Shown in pieces: positions 1 through 15,286 of a stretch of 64,000 nucleotides of DNA. The position numbers and the translations under genes are program-made. The notes under the pieces are model-generated. The model saw nothing but the letters and a program-made list of their open reading frames with translations. It ran no database searches and was not told the DNA's origin. This stretch comes from Amoebophrya sp. A120 (Eukaryota; Protista; Dinoflagellata), in assembly GCA_905178155.1 (NCBI GenBank), contig CAJINV010000002.1, positions 6,304,476-6,368,475 of the forward strand, written 5' to 3'. Positions within the stretch are counted from its first letter, which is position 1. Every line of letters begins with the position of its first letter.

Positions 1-134
1 CTAGTATAAATTGCATTACAAATACAAATTAGCCCAGCATTACAAATTGAATTTGTAATGCTGATTCACCTTGACAAAGAAATTTGTAATGCATGAATGC
101 AATTACTACGAATACGATACTTTTGCACAGGATA
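1..134. mobile_element. Partial introner (right end only)
   Basis: Ends ...TACTTTTGCACAGGATA, similar to the TATCCTGTG-type TIR of 37311-37589. Contains several GCATTACAAAT/TTGTAATGC motifs. Left end is outside the window. Confidence 0.6.
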
Positions 135-3100
135 CTCCCCGCCCTCCACCGACAACTCCGGCTGCGCCTCCGCGATGGTCACCTGTTGCGACGTACCGGC
201 AGACTGTTGTCTTACCAAATCTTCTATCAAATGCAAATATGTCTGGCTCTGGAAACTTGTAATGCTGAGCTGGCAATAGTGAATTCTCTGTAATGCACAG
301 CCAGGCATGAGAAATAAGTATTTGCGTTGCTTAGTATTGCCTATTGCGCTTTCCGCATGACAAACTGCGCTTTGCATGACAAGCAAAAGAGTCTCTTCTT
401 GGACGCGCATCACAAAATCTTCAGTCATGCCAGACAAGCATGACAAATCTTGCAATCTTCCAGACCCAGACATATTTGCAATTCATATCTTCGTCGGGGT
501 GGGCGGCGCCGTCGTCTGGCGGCACGAACGAGCTGCTGCTCCCGCCGATTTGTTCGCTCCCGTGGATTATGCATTGTAAGTATGCCTGGACCCACCTCTG
601 TGCTGTGATGAGCTAAGTGACCCTTGATCACAACAAGCGCACTCTTCCAGCACTGCACCTAGACATACTTACACTTGATATGGATCGTCGCGAACGCATC
701 CATTTGCCGCTTCTGCTCGTCCTCGTCAACAGGTGTGACCTGTTCTATGCCTTGCAAAAATTATGTCTGAGTCGGGAAGCCTGCTGCAAACTTGTTATGC
801 AGCGCAGTGTCGATCTTGCAAAAATCTGTCAGGTTTATTCGGTAAAAGCAGTAGTTGACCTCCACTCCTTATTACTACAAGATGGGGGTACCACATTAAG
901 CACTCTCACATGCGGGAAAGGCATTGAGACACCGTCTTAAAAATCTGTGCTTTCTCATGCATTTTTATATATAATTTTGTTAGTTTAGGTTTTAGTTTGC
1001 TATGCTTATTGTTGTACTTCTCTTAAAAATCTGTGATGCTCGTCGAGTTTGCATACCAGAGAGGACTCTATCGCGCACAAAAACAGCGTAGAAAACATCT
1101 GTATTCATCTTCCAGGGACCCAGACACAATAGTTGCAATTAATACGTTCCCCGCCATCTTCTATTACCTGCTTGGCCACCACTCTCTCTCGCTGCTGGCG
1201 CGAGCTCTGCCGCGCCGCCTGCAACTCCGAATCCGCATTCGCAAGTTCTTGCTTGGTCGAGCGTTTCGGGTTGGCCCGCTGCTTGTACACTCGCAGTGTG
1301 TGGAGATGAAAAAAACCTGCATACTGTTCTGAATCCTGTAGCCGAAACTGGTGCAGAAGTTCCGCCTTTTTGATAGGATGTGAATGAAAATTCAAGTTGC
1401 GACAGTACCACCACAACGCAACCCACTCTTTAGTGTACTACATACGAGTTCCAAAGAAAGGTCGTGTTGAGAGTGACTATCTACTACTTGTGGCGCAAGC
1501 GTGATGCTTAATTCCGACATTTTTACCCTGCTAAGTCTGTCATTCCAGGAGGCAACAACGGAACGACCTACATACATCGCGATTCAATCTGAATGCCGGC
1601 TCAACATCCCGTCCATACCGATCCGGATCGGAGTAGTAGCGGTCGTAAAAGGCTTCCTTGTCGCGAAAGTAGTACATCGCCAAGTCGTAGGCCTCGGCAA
1701 TCACGGTGGCCTGTTTCTCCTGCAGCATCTGCAACCCGCGGGAGCCGATCGCCTTCTCCTCGTAGTAGGGGACGAGGTCGTCCATCAGCGACAGCGACAA
1801 GTTTCGCTCCTTCACGCAGACGATGCCGGCGAGGCAGATCGCCTCCTTGTTGAAATCTATGAACTCGGTGCCCTCGGACCGCTGTCGTCGGACCAGGTAC
1901 AACGCCAGCCCCCACTCGGAATTCGGCGGGGTTTCCAGGTCCTCCAGATTCAAATGCCCAAAATTCTTCAGAAACACCGCCCTGATGAGAAGAAATGTTT
2001 TTATTGTGCTTCATTCATTCACTCACTCACGCAAGCTATTACCCTTCTTCGAGAGTTCTTTCATCGGTTTCCCATCGTTCTCTCTCGGATGTGCTTACAA
2101 GTGTATCGCTTTGCTAAGAATCTTCGATTATCTATAATACTATTCAAAAAATTCTGGCGGGCGGGGGAGTGCAAGCTACTAGTAGGAATCCTGCTAGTAG
2201 AATCGTGCTAGCAGAAAAACGGCTACTAGTAGAAATCCTGCTAGTGTTTTTAGCGTAACAAAAAAGCGCGAGAGGTACTAGTGACAGGCGCCACTAGTGA
2301 AGGCGCCCACTAGTGGAGCCACTAGTGACAAAAAGCCCGATTTTGGGGAAAGCGAAAACACTAGTGAGAAAACCCGCCAAAGTGGGAAACTCGCGCGGAG
2401 GGACCGAGACGCGCGCTGCCCGGCCCCCGGGTGGCCTTCGGCCCTGCCTGCCGTGGTCTGGGCCCTTGGCCTTGGCTTAGATGCCTTGCGGTTCGCGTTT
2501 GGCTGCCCCAGGCTGAAGTCGCTCTGCATTCTGGCGCCCCTTCCCCTTCTCCCTCTGTTACGAGGGCTCTGGTGTCAGTTCGCGCCTTTCTCTGCTGTGT
2601 GAGTGTGGCTCGGAAAGCCGGACTCCGTCGCGTGCTCACTGCCGACCGCGGGGGCTCTTCGGCCGCGTCGGGGCGGTCTGATTTTGCCCCGTCTCCTTTG
2701 GATTGCCGAGCATGTTTTCGGCCTCTTTACGGCTCTCCCCCTAGGCCTGTTTGCTGGCCGCTTCTCCTTTCGTTCCCAGCCAACGCTTTTTGCTTCGGCC
2801 CCTGCCGTGGGCTTTCGTTTTGGCCTGCTTGCTTTTTTTTTTTGGGCTGTCTGGTTTCTAGCAAGAACCACCCGCAGCACCTCCCCTGCCTTCCCGCTGC
2901 GGCTGCCCTGCCGCCCTGCCTGCCCTGCTTTATCTTTGCTGGGTGTCGGCAGTGTTTCTAGTCTTTCGGCCGTCGGCGCGCTTTTTGCGTGCTGTTTCCT
3001 GTGGCTAGCCTCCTGAGCCTCCGCTAAGGGCCTGCGCACGCTCTCCGGCGGCCCTGTTTGTGGGGGCTCGGGCAGGGGCTGCGCTCAGTGCCCCCGCACG

Positions 3101-3848
3101 CCCATCGTGCCTAGCGGCCTTGCCTCTACGTGCGCTTCCTTCGCTCCCGCCAAGGGAAGAGGGCTGGGTGGTTCAAATGCCCAAAATTCTTTAGAAACAC
3201 CGCCCTGATGAGAGGAAATTTTTTTGTGCTTCTAATTTCACAACGAAAGTGCATGCGTACATACGAGAGCAACGCGCACCCAGACCCATCCTAGATGAAA
3301 CAGCACGAAGGAAAAATAACCAGTGGTCACTCAAAACTTTTCTACCTTCTCATGATCATTTGCGCTTTGACCATACTCGCGACGAGATTCGGCACACACA
3401 TGATCCTCGGTAGGAGCTTCTTTGGCCTCCTTATGCAAATGAAAATTTCATCACATGCGGAGGGTCTATTCCTGGCATTTATTTCTGCTGTCGCGCTTGT
3501 CGCATTTGCTCATTTATTCCAAACCATACAACTAAATCAATACCCCATATTGAACGCGATTCGCATGCAGATGCAGCTCTTCTGTCTGTCCGAAGAATGC
3601 AATTAGCTTTGCGTTTGCCTTTGGCTTTGGAGGAGTACAGTACTTCTACACATGTGTGAAAATGAAATTTTCAGACCCATAGTATTTTCCAGCTGGCCCT
3701 GGGCTACCGCAACCGCAAACTCCTCGTAGAGCACCGAAGGATCGATCAGCGCGTCCGTGCCCTGTGCGTCCAGCATGGTTTGCTGGCGTTTCCGCCGCTT
3801 TTCCATGCTGCGGGGCGACACCCCCTTGTTCGCTGCGGCCTTCGGCAT
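1..3848 (-). CDS. Multi-exon hypothetical protein gene, 3' end outside the window, interrupted by at least four TIR introners
   Basis: Removing 746-1144, 568-680 and 225-487 (each plus one 5-bp repeat) gives an open frame ...IEDGGEQVTPVDEDEQKRQMDAFATIHGSEQIGGSSSSFVPPDDGAAHPDEDLVRQQSAGT...VEGGE. Upstream exons are ORFs 1105..1416 and 1540..1977, and tentatively 3603..3848. No recognisable domain; 5' end uncertain. Confidence 0.6.
225..487. mobile_element. TIR introner, family A (non-canonical intron)
   Basis: TIR TATCAAATGCAAATATGTCTGGCTCTGGAA / TTCCAGACCCAGACATATTTGCAATTCATA; direct repeat TCTTC at 220-224 and 488-492; excision restores the frame. Confidence 0.9.
568..680. mobile_element. 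Short (113 bp) degenerate family-A introner
   Basis: TATGCATTGTAAGTATGCCTGG / CTAGACATACTTACACTTGATA; perfect direct repeat TGGAT at 563-567 and 681-685; excision gives in-frame ATIHGSEQ. Confidence 0.8.
746..1144. mobile_element. Long degenerate family-A introner
   Basis: TATGCCTTGCAAAAATTATGTCTGAGTCGGGAAG / CTTCCAGGGACCCAGACACAATAGTTGCAATTAATA; direct repeat TGTTC/CGTTC; excision is in frame. Confidence 0.75.
1949..3232. repeat. About 60-bp direct repeat (1949-2012 and 3172-3232) bracketing a GC-rich segment with clustered ACTAGT/CTAG motifs
   Basis: TTCAAATGCCCAAAATTCTT(C/T)AGAAACACCGCCCTGATGAGA(A/G)GAAAT...TGTGCTTC occurs twice; many ACTAGT sites at about 2176-2366. Confidence 0.75.
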
Positions 3849-4172
3849 CGTGCTTGGGGTTGTCGACGCCGGCGGGGGACCAGAGACTCCGGATGGGGCT
3901 CCTGCTTCCTTCGATGTTACAGCCTTAGCTCTCGTCGATTCTACAACTCACATGATGTTGGGTTTTTACGATTTGCGACTTGTTCTCGCGCTACTGGAGT
4001 TGAAGTAGTAAGTTCTACTGTCGAACTCGACGACGTAAAAACTTCACCTTCCTCGCGAGGGGGCAGCGTTACGAGCGAAAGCAAAACTACTTTGTACGAC
4101 ATAGTTTTAATGGGGTAATTAATAATCAAAGAAATGCAGCCGGGGAAAAAGTTCTTGTTAAAGACAACGAAC

Positions 4173-5649
4173 TATCAAATGCAAATGTGCCCAGGGGGTA
4201 GGGTAGCACCCAAGAAAAATAGCAAAAAGCTGCAAAAAAGCTTGTGCTAAGGCTGGTGGCGAAGTTGGTGCCGAAGCTGGTGCCGAAGCAAGCTGGTGCC
4301 AAAGCTGGCGCCGAAGGTGTTGCAGCTCAGAAGCCCGAACCTCCGGGGCGGCGGTTCGATCGTTCTTGGGCCAGAGGCTGGGCCCGAGGGTGGGGCAGAG
4401 ATAACGATAGGCCCAGCCGGCTACGCCAGGCGGGGCAGGGCCAGAGATAGACTGGGCCGGCCAGAGGCTGGGCCACGCCAGGCGCGGGGCCCGAGGTTCC
4501 GCCAGGCGCGGCGCCGGAGGCGGAGCAGGAGCAAGAGGCTGCGCGATAGCGCAGGCAGGAGTGAGGCTGGGCTGTCGGGGGCTCGACTAAAGGTTGGGCC
4601 AAGGTTTGCGGAGAATACACCGGAGGAGGCGAAGTATCCACAAACGGGAAATGGACTCCAAATATCCACGAGCGGGAAGATACGCAGCCAGCACGCAGGA
4701 GGCTGTTGCGTGTGGGCTGCAGAGGCTCGCACTTCCTCGCTCACGGCAGATCGATCCGCGCCCAAGATTCCATCTCGGTCGCCAACGCGCTGAGTGAGCG
4801 GGCAAAGAAGCTGGTAGGAATGTTGCTTTCTCACAAGCTTCCCTACTAGCTTCTACGCCAGCTTCTCCACCAGCTTCTCGACCACAAATTGTGGTCTAGC
4901 CTTCACGCAAAGTAGCGTTTTTTCATGATAAAAATTGTTTTTCTCCCGTGAAAATGAAGGCACTTCCAAACACCTTCTTTCGTTGAAGGTGCTTGTTGGT
5001 GCCGTGCTGAGATGAAAACGACCCAAGGCAACGGGCGAGGAGCGAAGCAGCTGGCAAGGCGGGACGAATACGCACGCTGCTGCGCACTCAGAAAAGGCCA
5101 CGGTATGATGGCGAATTTGTTTGCGGTGGCGAATCTTTGCAGGCAGCACGCAGCAGTTTGTTGCGTGCAGGCTGCAAAGATTCAAAATTGTGGTCCGTTC
5201 GGGCCTCAAGTTGTTCTTGTTGCACCGACCCAGACATGCAAATCATCTTGGGCGGCCGCCATCTATCGGGCCAACTCCTTGCCCAAGCCCTTGGCCAAAG
5301 CGGGGCGCTTGGGCCCCAGACTGCGCCACAACTTTCCCGGCTTCTCGTCTGGGAGAAAAGCTGCGCACGAACAGTCCGGCACGAAGACCACAATGCGAGG
5401 CGCGATTGGGATTTCGGCCTGTGCCGCAGCATCTTCATCGCGCAACACAAAAAAAAAAAACGAATAGCGCGCGCACAGAAAAAGGGCACAGAAGCCGCGG
5501 CGCAATAAATGCATACGGTCTGCGCAAAGGGGCCCAAAGCTGTGCAATTTTTTTGCACCAAATATGCCAAAAATGCGAAAAAAGCTGTATTTTTATCAGC
5601 CCAAAAGATTTGGGCCTACCCTACCCCCTGGGCACATTTGCACGCGATA
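4173..5649. mobile_element. 1.48-kb non-autonomous TIR DNA element related to the introners
   Basis: TIR TATCAAATGCAAATGTGCCCAGGGGGTAGGGTAG / CTACCCTACCCCCTGGGCACATTTGCACGCGATA; perfect 5-bp target duplication CGAAC (4168-4172, 5650-5654); GC-rich interior with short GCTGGTGCCGAA-type repeats; no recognisable transposase. Confidence 0.85.
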
Positions 5650-7188
5650 CGAACGATACGACCTGTGCGAGCGAAGATCAGCATGATCTTCTTTCTTTCC
5701 GTGGAACCATTCAGAATTAGCACGATTTAGAGCGACAACCAAACGAAAGCGGGGAGTGTCTAGACGATTTGGCAGCTCCGCGTCCTGGAAGTGAGAGTGA
5801 CGCATCTATGATACATTAACCTTTCCGGTGTGTGTCTGGACTATATTCGTCTACTCTCAAGCACGAAAAGCTCTCAAGAACAACTTCTTCTCACCTTCTC
5901 TCTCGTCGCCAACGAACTGAACCTGATCATCTTTCGCAGGTTATATATTTCTCGAGATGGCCACTTATCTCAACGGTTGTACCACTAGTGTCTTACAAAC
6001 TCGACGATGGCTGCCTATTTTTGCTTTGTGACGGAAGACACGTCGTGAAAAAATTGCTTCAAGTACTCCGAACGTCTTTACCAGCAAAAGCATTCATCTT
6101 TGCTATCGCTGCTAAAGCTTTTGAATGCGTCAACTTTGCTATTCTTCAATTATTTATTTCTCAAACACATCATCCTTGTCGCCTTGAAGGGATGAAGCAT
6201 TCTTGCATTCTACATGAAGAGAAAAAAAATGCGTCGGCGAATACTGCCGACAATGATAAAAAACAGAGCAGTCTATAGTTTGTGTTTTTCGTTTTTTGCT
6301 AACTTTTGGGTTCTGTATTCTCGGAAAATTGAAGACACAATGAAAAAACTCCTGATTAATGCGAGAAAATACTCCAACGCAATATATAAGCACCGTACGC
6401 AGTTGCACCTATCATGCCATCAAGAACAGCGGAAAAGGTGGGAAAAGAGGAAAAGAACTCAGAATGCTTCGGCTCTGGTGCAGTTCCCTTCCGTTTTCCA
6501 CTACGAAAACGATGACACATTTGGTGTTTTATCAAACTGCACAAAAACAACGGAGACCGTAAACGCTTCTGTGCTATTTTCGAACAGGAATACTTCTCAA
6601 AAAATTGAAAAAGCTAAATATACGGTTCCGAAAAATGGAAAGCAAGCTTGCAGCTATCTTTTTGGTGACGCCAGTCGCCGCCCAAAATCCGGCTGCAGTT
6701 CCTTTTTGTTGCGGCACAGCAAACAATCATGCAGATTGCTGCCTTGATCATCAACCTGAACCTCATACCTCGTCTTCTTATATCTTGCTTCGCTTGCAAC
6801 CCGGATTTTACCGGGCAAGAGGCTGAATTTAGGGTCTTTCGCTTTCCGATGAATGCGCCTTGGGTACATTCTATTTTTATTTGCTTACTCGTAATCTATA
6901 TGCTCTAAGAAAATTGAAAAGAAGTGGCTCGCTCGGTATTTTTGGCCTGTAACATTTTCGCTTTTTCTTTCGTGTTTTGACGTTTGGCTTCGTCTTTGAC
7001 ATGACTCAGGATACGTGATATCAATTTGTTTTGTTACTCCAAATCTAAATTCCAAGTTGAAAAAGTTTAACGATAAATTCTCACGGTATTTCAACCTTCC
7101 CCAAGAGGTCTTCTGCAACAAGGTACGTAGATGCCCATGCTCCTGCAGCCAACTCTCAGGGCGCTCTCCCACGTGCAGGCACTTATCA

Positions 7189-10992
<3,804 letters not shown>

Positions 10993-12654
10993 TCAATCAC
11001 AACCCTTTTCTTCTTGCGAGATCATTCACAAAGTCTAGCAAGGGCATGCAAACCAAGCGAGTTCCTTGTCAATTCAGTTCTGAGAAAAGAAAAAGCTCGA
11101 CGTAAGAGGCGAGACAACAACTACGCCGGAACTACTACACTGTATGATGACAATACAGGTGAAAGAGTCCCCTCCTTGGTGTCTTTGTTTCGGTTTCCGT
11201 TTCCGCCTTCGGGCCAAGGCTAGTGCTATCCAAGTTGTTCACCGCACGACCCACGACGAATTTCCGTGGGTGCGGGGAAGAAGGCCTTCTGAGAGGACCT
11301 CATTTTCGCTCAAAAGAATAAAGATCGCTACATCATACCAATCTGTTTTTTAAACAATTCTGCACGTTGGAAAGTTTTAGTTTGCGTTTGCGACCCGTGG
11401 CAGAAGTACAAGAAATAAACCTACGCTTCCGCAGCGACGAAAAATGTTCAGCAACTTGATCATGCCGGAGCCGACAATATCAAGCGGGCACGACATTGCT
11501 CCCCGCAAAGATTTGTCAAATAGAAAAAGTTGTAACGTGATTTTGTAAAGATCACGGTAGAAGTAAAAAAATACTGGGCATAATTAAGAGCATTTGCCAT
11601 GGAGCCAATGGTGCACTCTTATGCTCTTTTTTCTTCCAATTACAGCGACGCAGGGATATCAGTTTTCAATTTTCAACGTCCACACCTACCTTTCCTGCAA
11701 CCACGAGACCAAAAAAGGATGCCTTCAACCTAATTGCGTTTTTGCAACGCAAAGGAACCTGTTGGGGGAGAATCAGAAATTGGAATTTCTTGATCTTGAT
11801 ATCAAAATCAAGTAAGTGTAGCAAATAGAGAAAATAAGTGCGTAGATTCAGATGCGTTGTACACAGAAAAAAAAATCTTCGACGGCACTGCTTTGTTCCT
11901 AAAAGCTGCCACTTTTGTTTGCCTCCCTTACTCCTCTCTGCAAATTTCTGGCGTTTCGCTGTGCCTGCGGAGAACCCGAAAAACGACCGGAGGAGAAGAT
12001 CGGATCGTCGTCATGTACACTGTACGAGATCACCAATGGAAAAAAAACCGTTGGGGATGCGGAGCAAAAAGGAAAATCTTTAGAAAACCTTCTGTTGCTC
12101 CACAAACAAATTAGAACACCTACGTCGACCTTGCCAAGCTGCCCAAAACCCGCGCCTTGAGCCACCAATTCCAATGCGCAATGCGCCTATGCGACAATGG
12201 TAATTTTTTCACAACGGACTACAAATGCGACGAAGAAAACCTGGGGCACTGTCGACGCGTCACAAGAATCATGCTCGATAAATACCTTCAGAATTTTTTT
12301 ACTTACAAGGGGAATGAAATGCGAAAAAAAATGTCCTTGCTTTCATTTCGGGAGGAAATTCTTGGTGGGGTGGTTCAACAAGAAAATAGAACATTAACAT
12401 GCTCTGTTCATGGGCAGGAGTACAACTGCCCTACGGGCAGTAAGTACAAAAAGTAGCTTTGGGTCCTACTCCAGCGAGCAGGGGCAGAATTCGTGTGTTT
12501 GTGTAGCGATAGCGAACTACTTACACAATCTATCACATATGCTTCTATGAAAAAAATTCAGAAACTAGGAAACAAATGGCAGGCATCCATCAAAAAATCG
12601 AGATCGGAACTTTTTGAAGTGCGGCCTCGCCAAGAAAATAACTCCAACCACTCG

Positions 12655-14206
12655 TCACATCTTGTACGGAAAGAGCGGGACGGAGCTGGCCTGTCCCCGG
12701 TCAGCGACGCAGGGGTGCACGAACAGCGGTGCCGGCGGTACGATTAGATTCACCTGATTGAGCCGCTCCTGCATGCCGCTGGACGGCGCGTTCTTTCTGC
12801 TGCTGGTAGTAAGGGACGTCTTTATGTTCACCGACTTGCCCGTATGACAGTGCACAACTCCCCCTCCCCCTCATTTGTATAGCATGAACGGCAATACAAG
12901 CAGCAGCAACAGTGCCGGCTTTGCATTACAAATTTGCATTGGAGTGTAGTGCTGTTTGAGCTTCCGGGATTTGTCATGCAACCAGTGCTACAAGGCAGCA
13001 GCTGGATTTGGGATTTTGCATTACAAATGAGGGGGAGGGGAAGTTGTGCACTGTCATAGCCCGCCCCTCGCGGCGTGTTCGGGCTCGAGGATTTGCTTCC
13101 GGATTTCTGCTCAAAGGCGGATGAGGATTGCGATTGCGGGCCCTGTTGATTAATATCACCTCCAGTACCTGCTGGACTCTGTTGCTGCATAGTTGTACTT
13201 GAAGATGGCGATCCATTGTTGTTCCCGACTACCTGTTGTTGTACTCCAGCACCGTGGTCACCCCCACTCGCGTCCTGCATAATTCCGACCCGCTTTTGCA
13301 CTTGTGGCACCCCGCCCGGCCCGACCGAAATCACTCTTTCCCGCTTTTCTGAGTCCAGAAAACCCCCGTCGTGTAACTGCGTACCCCCACGGTCATTGAA
13401 CCGCTCTGATATGGAAGTGTCAGAACCGAAATTGACAAAGTCGAAAAATTTGTGATGCATAAAGTCGATACCAGTTGGAGCCTCAAATTGTAAGCGGCGC
13501 ATGACAAATTTCGAGAGCACCCAAATCCAGTCTGTCATGCTGTTTGGGCAAAGAAGACTGCTCCTGTCATGCTACTGTGGCAGCATATTGCATACCCCTA
13601 ATCACGCTTACAATCGGTCTCATTTGCCTGCTCCCCAATACAGGCCTCCAGTGCCCTACATTTTACGCATCGCAAATTTTTCGACTTTGTCGATTTCGAT
13701 CCTGACACATCCATATCTGAGGCTGGTAATGTAGACGTGCTGTTGATACTAGCGTGCAGGGGCGGCTGCTTCCCGCCGAAGAGCGCCGGACCTGTAGTTG
13801 CAGTATTTGCACTAGTGCTTGAAGATGTCCCGCTCAGCTGCAGTAACTCGTGTTGCTCTCTTCCACTCGCGAGGATCTCCAAGAAGCACTCCTTTAACAA
13901 GTTTCTCGTGCGACTCGGGCTCCCCGCGTATTTCTCGTGGATCACCCGCATGGTCAGCGACAGGTGCAGTTGCGCTTCCGCGGAAAACAGGTCCCCGGCG
14001 GGGCGCTCCTGGATCAGGTGGTAAAACTTCAAAAAAGCCGACTCGGCGTTCCCGTGCTCCCCGCGCTTCAGAAACTGGGATATCTGCTGCAGGAGCAGTT
14101 CCCGATCCCACAAAAAGTCCTTATTCAGCGGCGGCGCCTTGTGTCTCGGATCCAAGTAGTCGAAACCCTTCTGCCCAGGGCCGCGGGGCGGGTTCCAGGG
14201 AATCAT
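12655..14206 (-). CDS. Hypothetical protein, three exons separated by two introners
   Basis: ORFs 13598..14206, 12828..13538 and 12655..12855 join in frame (PASERFNDRG; PRGAGKSVNIK) after removing 13410-13715 and 12843-13058. Confidence 0.75.
12843..13058. mobile_element. TIR introner, family C
   Basis: Near-perfect TIR of about 37 bp, TATGACAGTGCACAACTCCCCCTCCCCCTCATTTGTA; perfect direct repeat GCCCG (12838-12842, 13059-13063). Confidence 0.92.
13410..13715. mobile_element. TIR introner, family D
   Basis: TIR of about 50 bp, TATGGAAGTGTCAGAACCGAAATTGACAAAGTCGAAAAATTTG; perfect direct repeat TCTGA (13405-13409, 13716-13720). Confidence 0.92.
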
Positions 14207-15286
14207 AGCCTACTGGTAGAATTACTTTAAAATCGTTCGTTGGCCGGCAATAAGGAACCGCCTTCGGTCTCTGATGCTGAAACGAGGTTATTTCTATTTG
14301 TGGGGACCGAGGTGAATTAGCACCATGTGATTTCGGCGCCGGTTTGTATGCTTTTCTGAGTGAAGGGAATATTGAATTTTTTCTAGCTGCTTCTCATGCA
14401 TTCTGTGCTTCAGCAGTAAAGCTTTGTGATGATTCTTTGCATCTATTGCGATAATTCAAGGGGTACTTGCTAAAAACAGAACTTGAAAAAGAACCTAGGG
14501 GCGGCTAGAAAAGAGCACTACCAGGGAACTGAAAGTTGTAGATCAATCACGTTAACGCAATTCACGATTACTCTTGCAGGTCGCAAAAACCGAACGCGGT
14601 AAGTGAAAACGTACGGAACGCGAAAGACAACACGAATAATTTTCACAGCGATTTCAGGTGGCGGGAGGATGAATTTTTGCACGATTGAAAATGAAACGAA
14701 AATTCCCAGTGTGGGGACGAAATTGTGACGAAGGAGAGAGCTGTTGTTCAAAACCGATCTTTTTCAGGAGAGTTGCAGTACAAACAAAGCGCGTTTAGTG
14801 CTAAACCGACAGTCCTTTAGGCAAAATCAACATCTGTAGACCTGCGCACGAGCAGAACCAACAAGCGTAAGGAACAAAAGGAAGAGGAAGTTAGTAGAGA
14901 CCGTAAGTCAACGATTACAGGTTGTACGAAGTGCCGCAGCGGCACTGAACTGCCGACGACAACAGGCAAAACTACATTCCAATTTTCATTCAGACGGTGT
15001 TTTTCCGCGTGCGAATTTTTTCTCACTCATCTCGGGGATGAACGGATCGTGTCAAAGCACGCTGCTACAACAAACTTGGGTCAAATCATACAAGGGGTCA
15101 AAAGACGATATTTTGTCTGTTTTACCACGAAACTAGGTTTATTGCGAAAGGTGCAATTATAAAACAGGACGTATAGTAATAGTATCGCATCAGTGCAAAT
15201 TTTGAATAATGAACTTTACAGTAATTTACTCGATCACACCGAAATCTTCTTCTACTTCGTCCCAAATTACCTACCTTCCACCAGCG

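Noticed and set aside
4244-5720. ORFs inside the 1.48-kb TIR element as a transposase
   Set aside because: Short Arg/Ala/Gly-rich frames with no recognisable DDE or recombinase motifs.
11594-12747. Possible plus-strand multi-exon gene
   Set aside because: Only short ORFs with no recognisable domain; no supported exon chain could be built.
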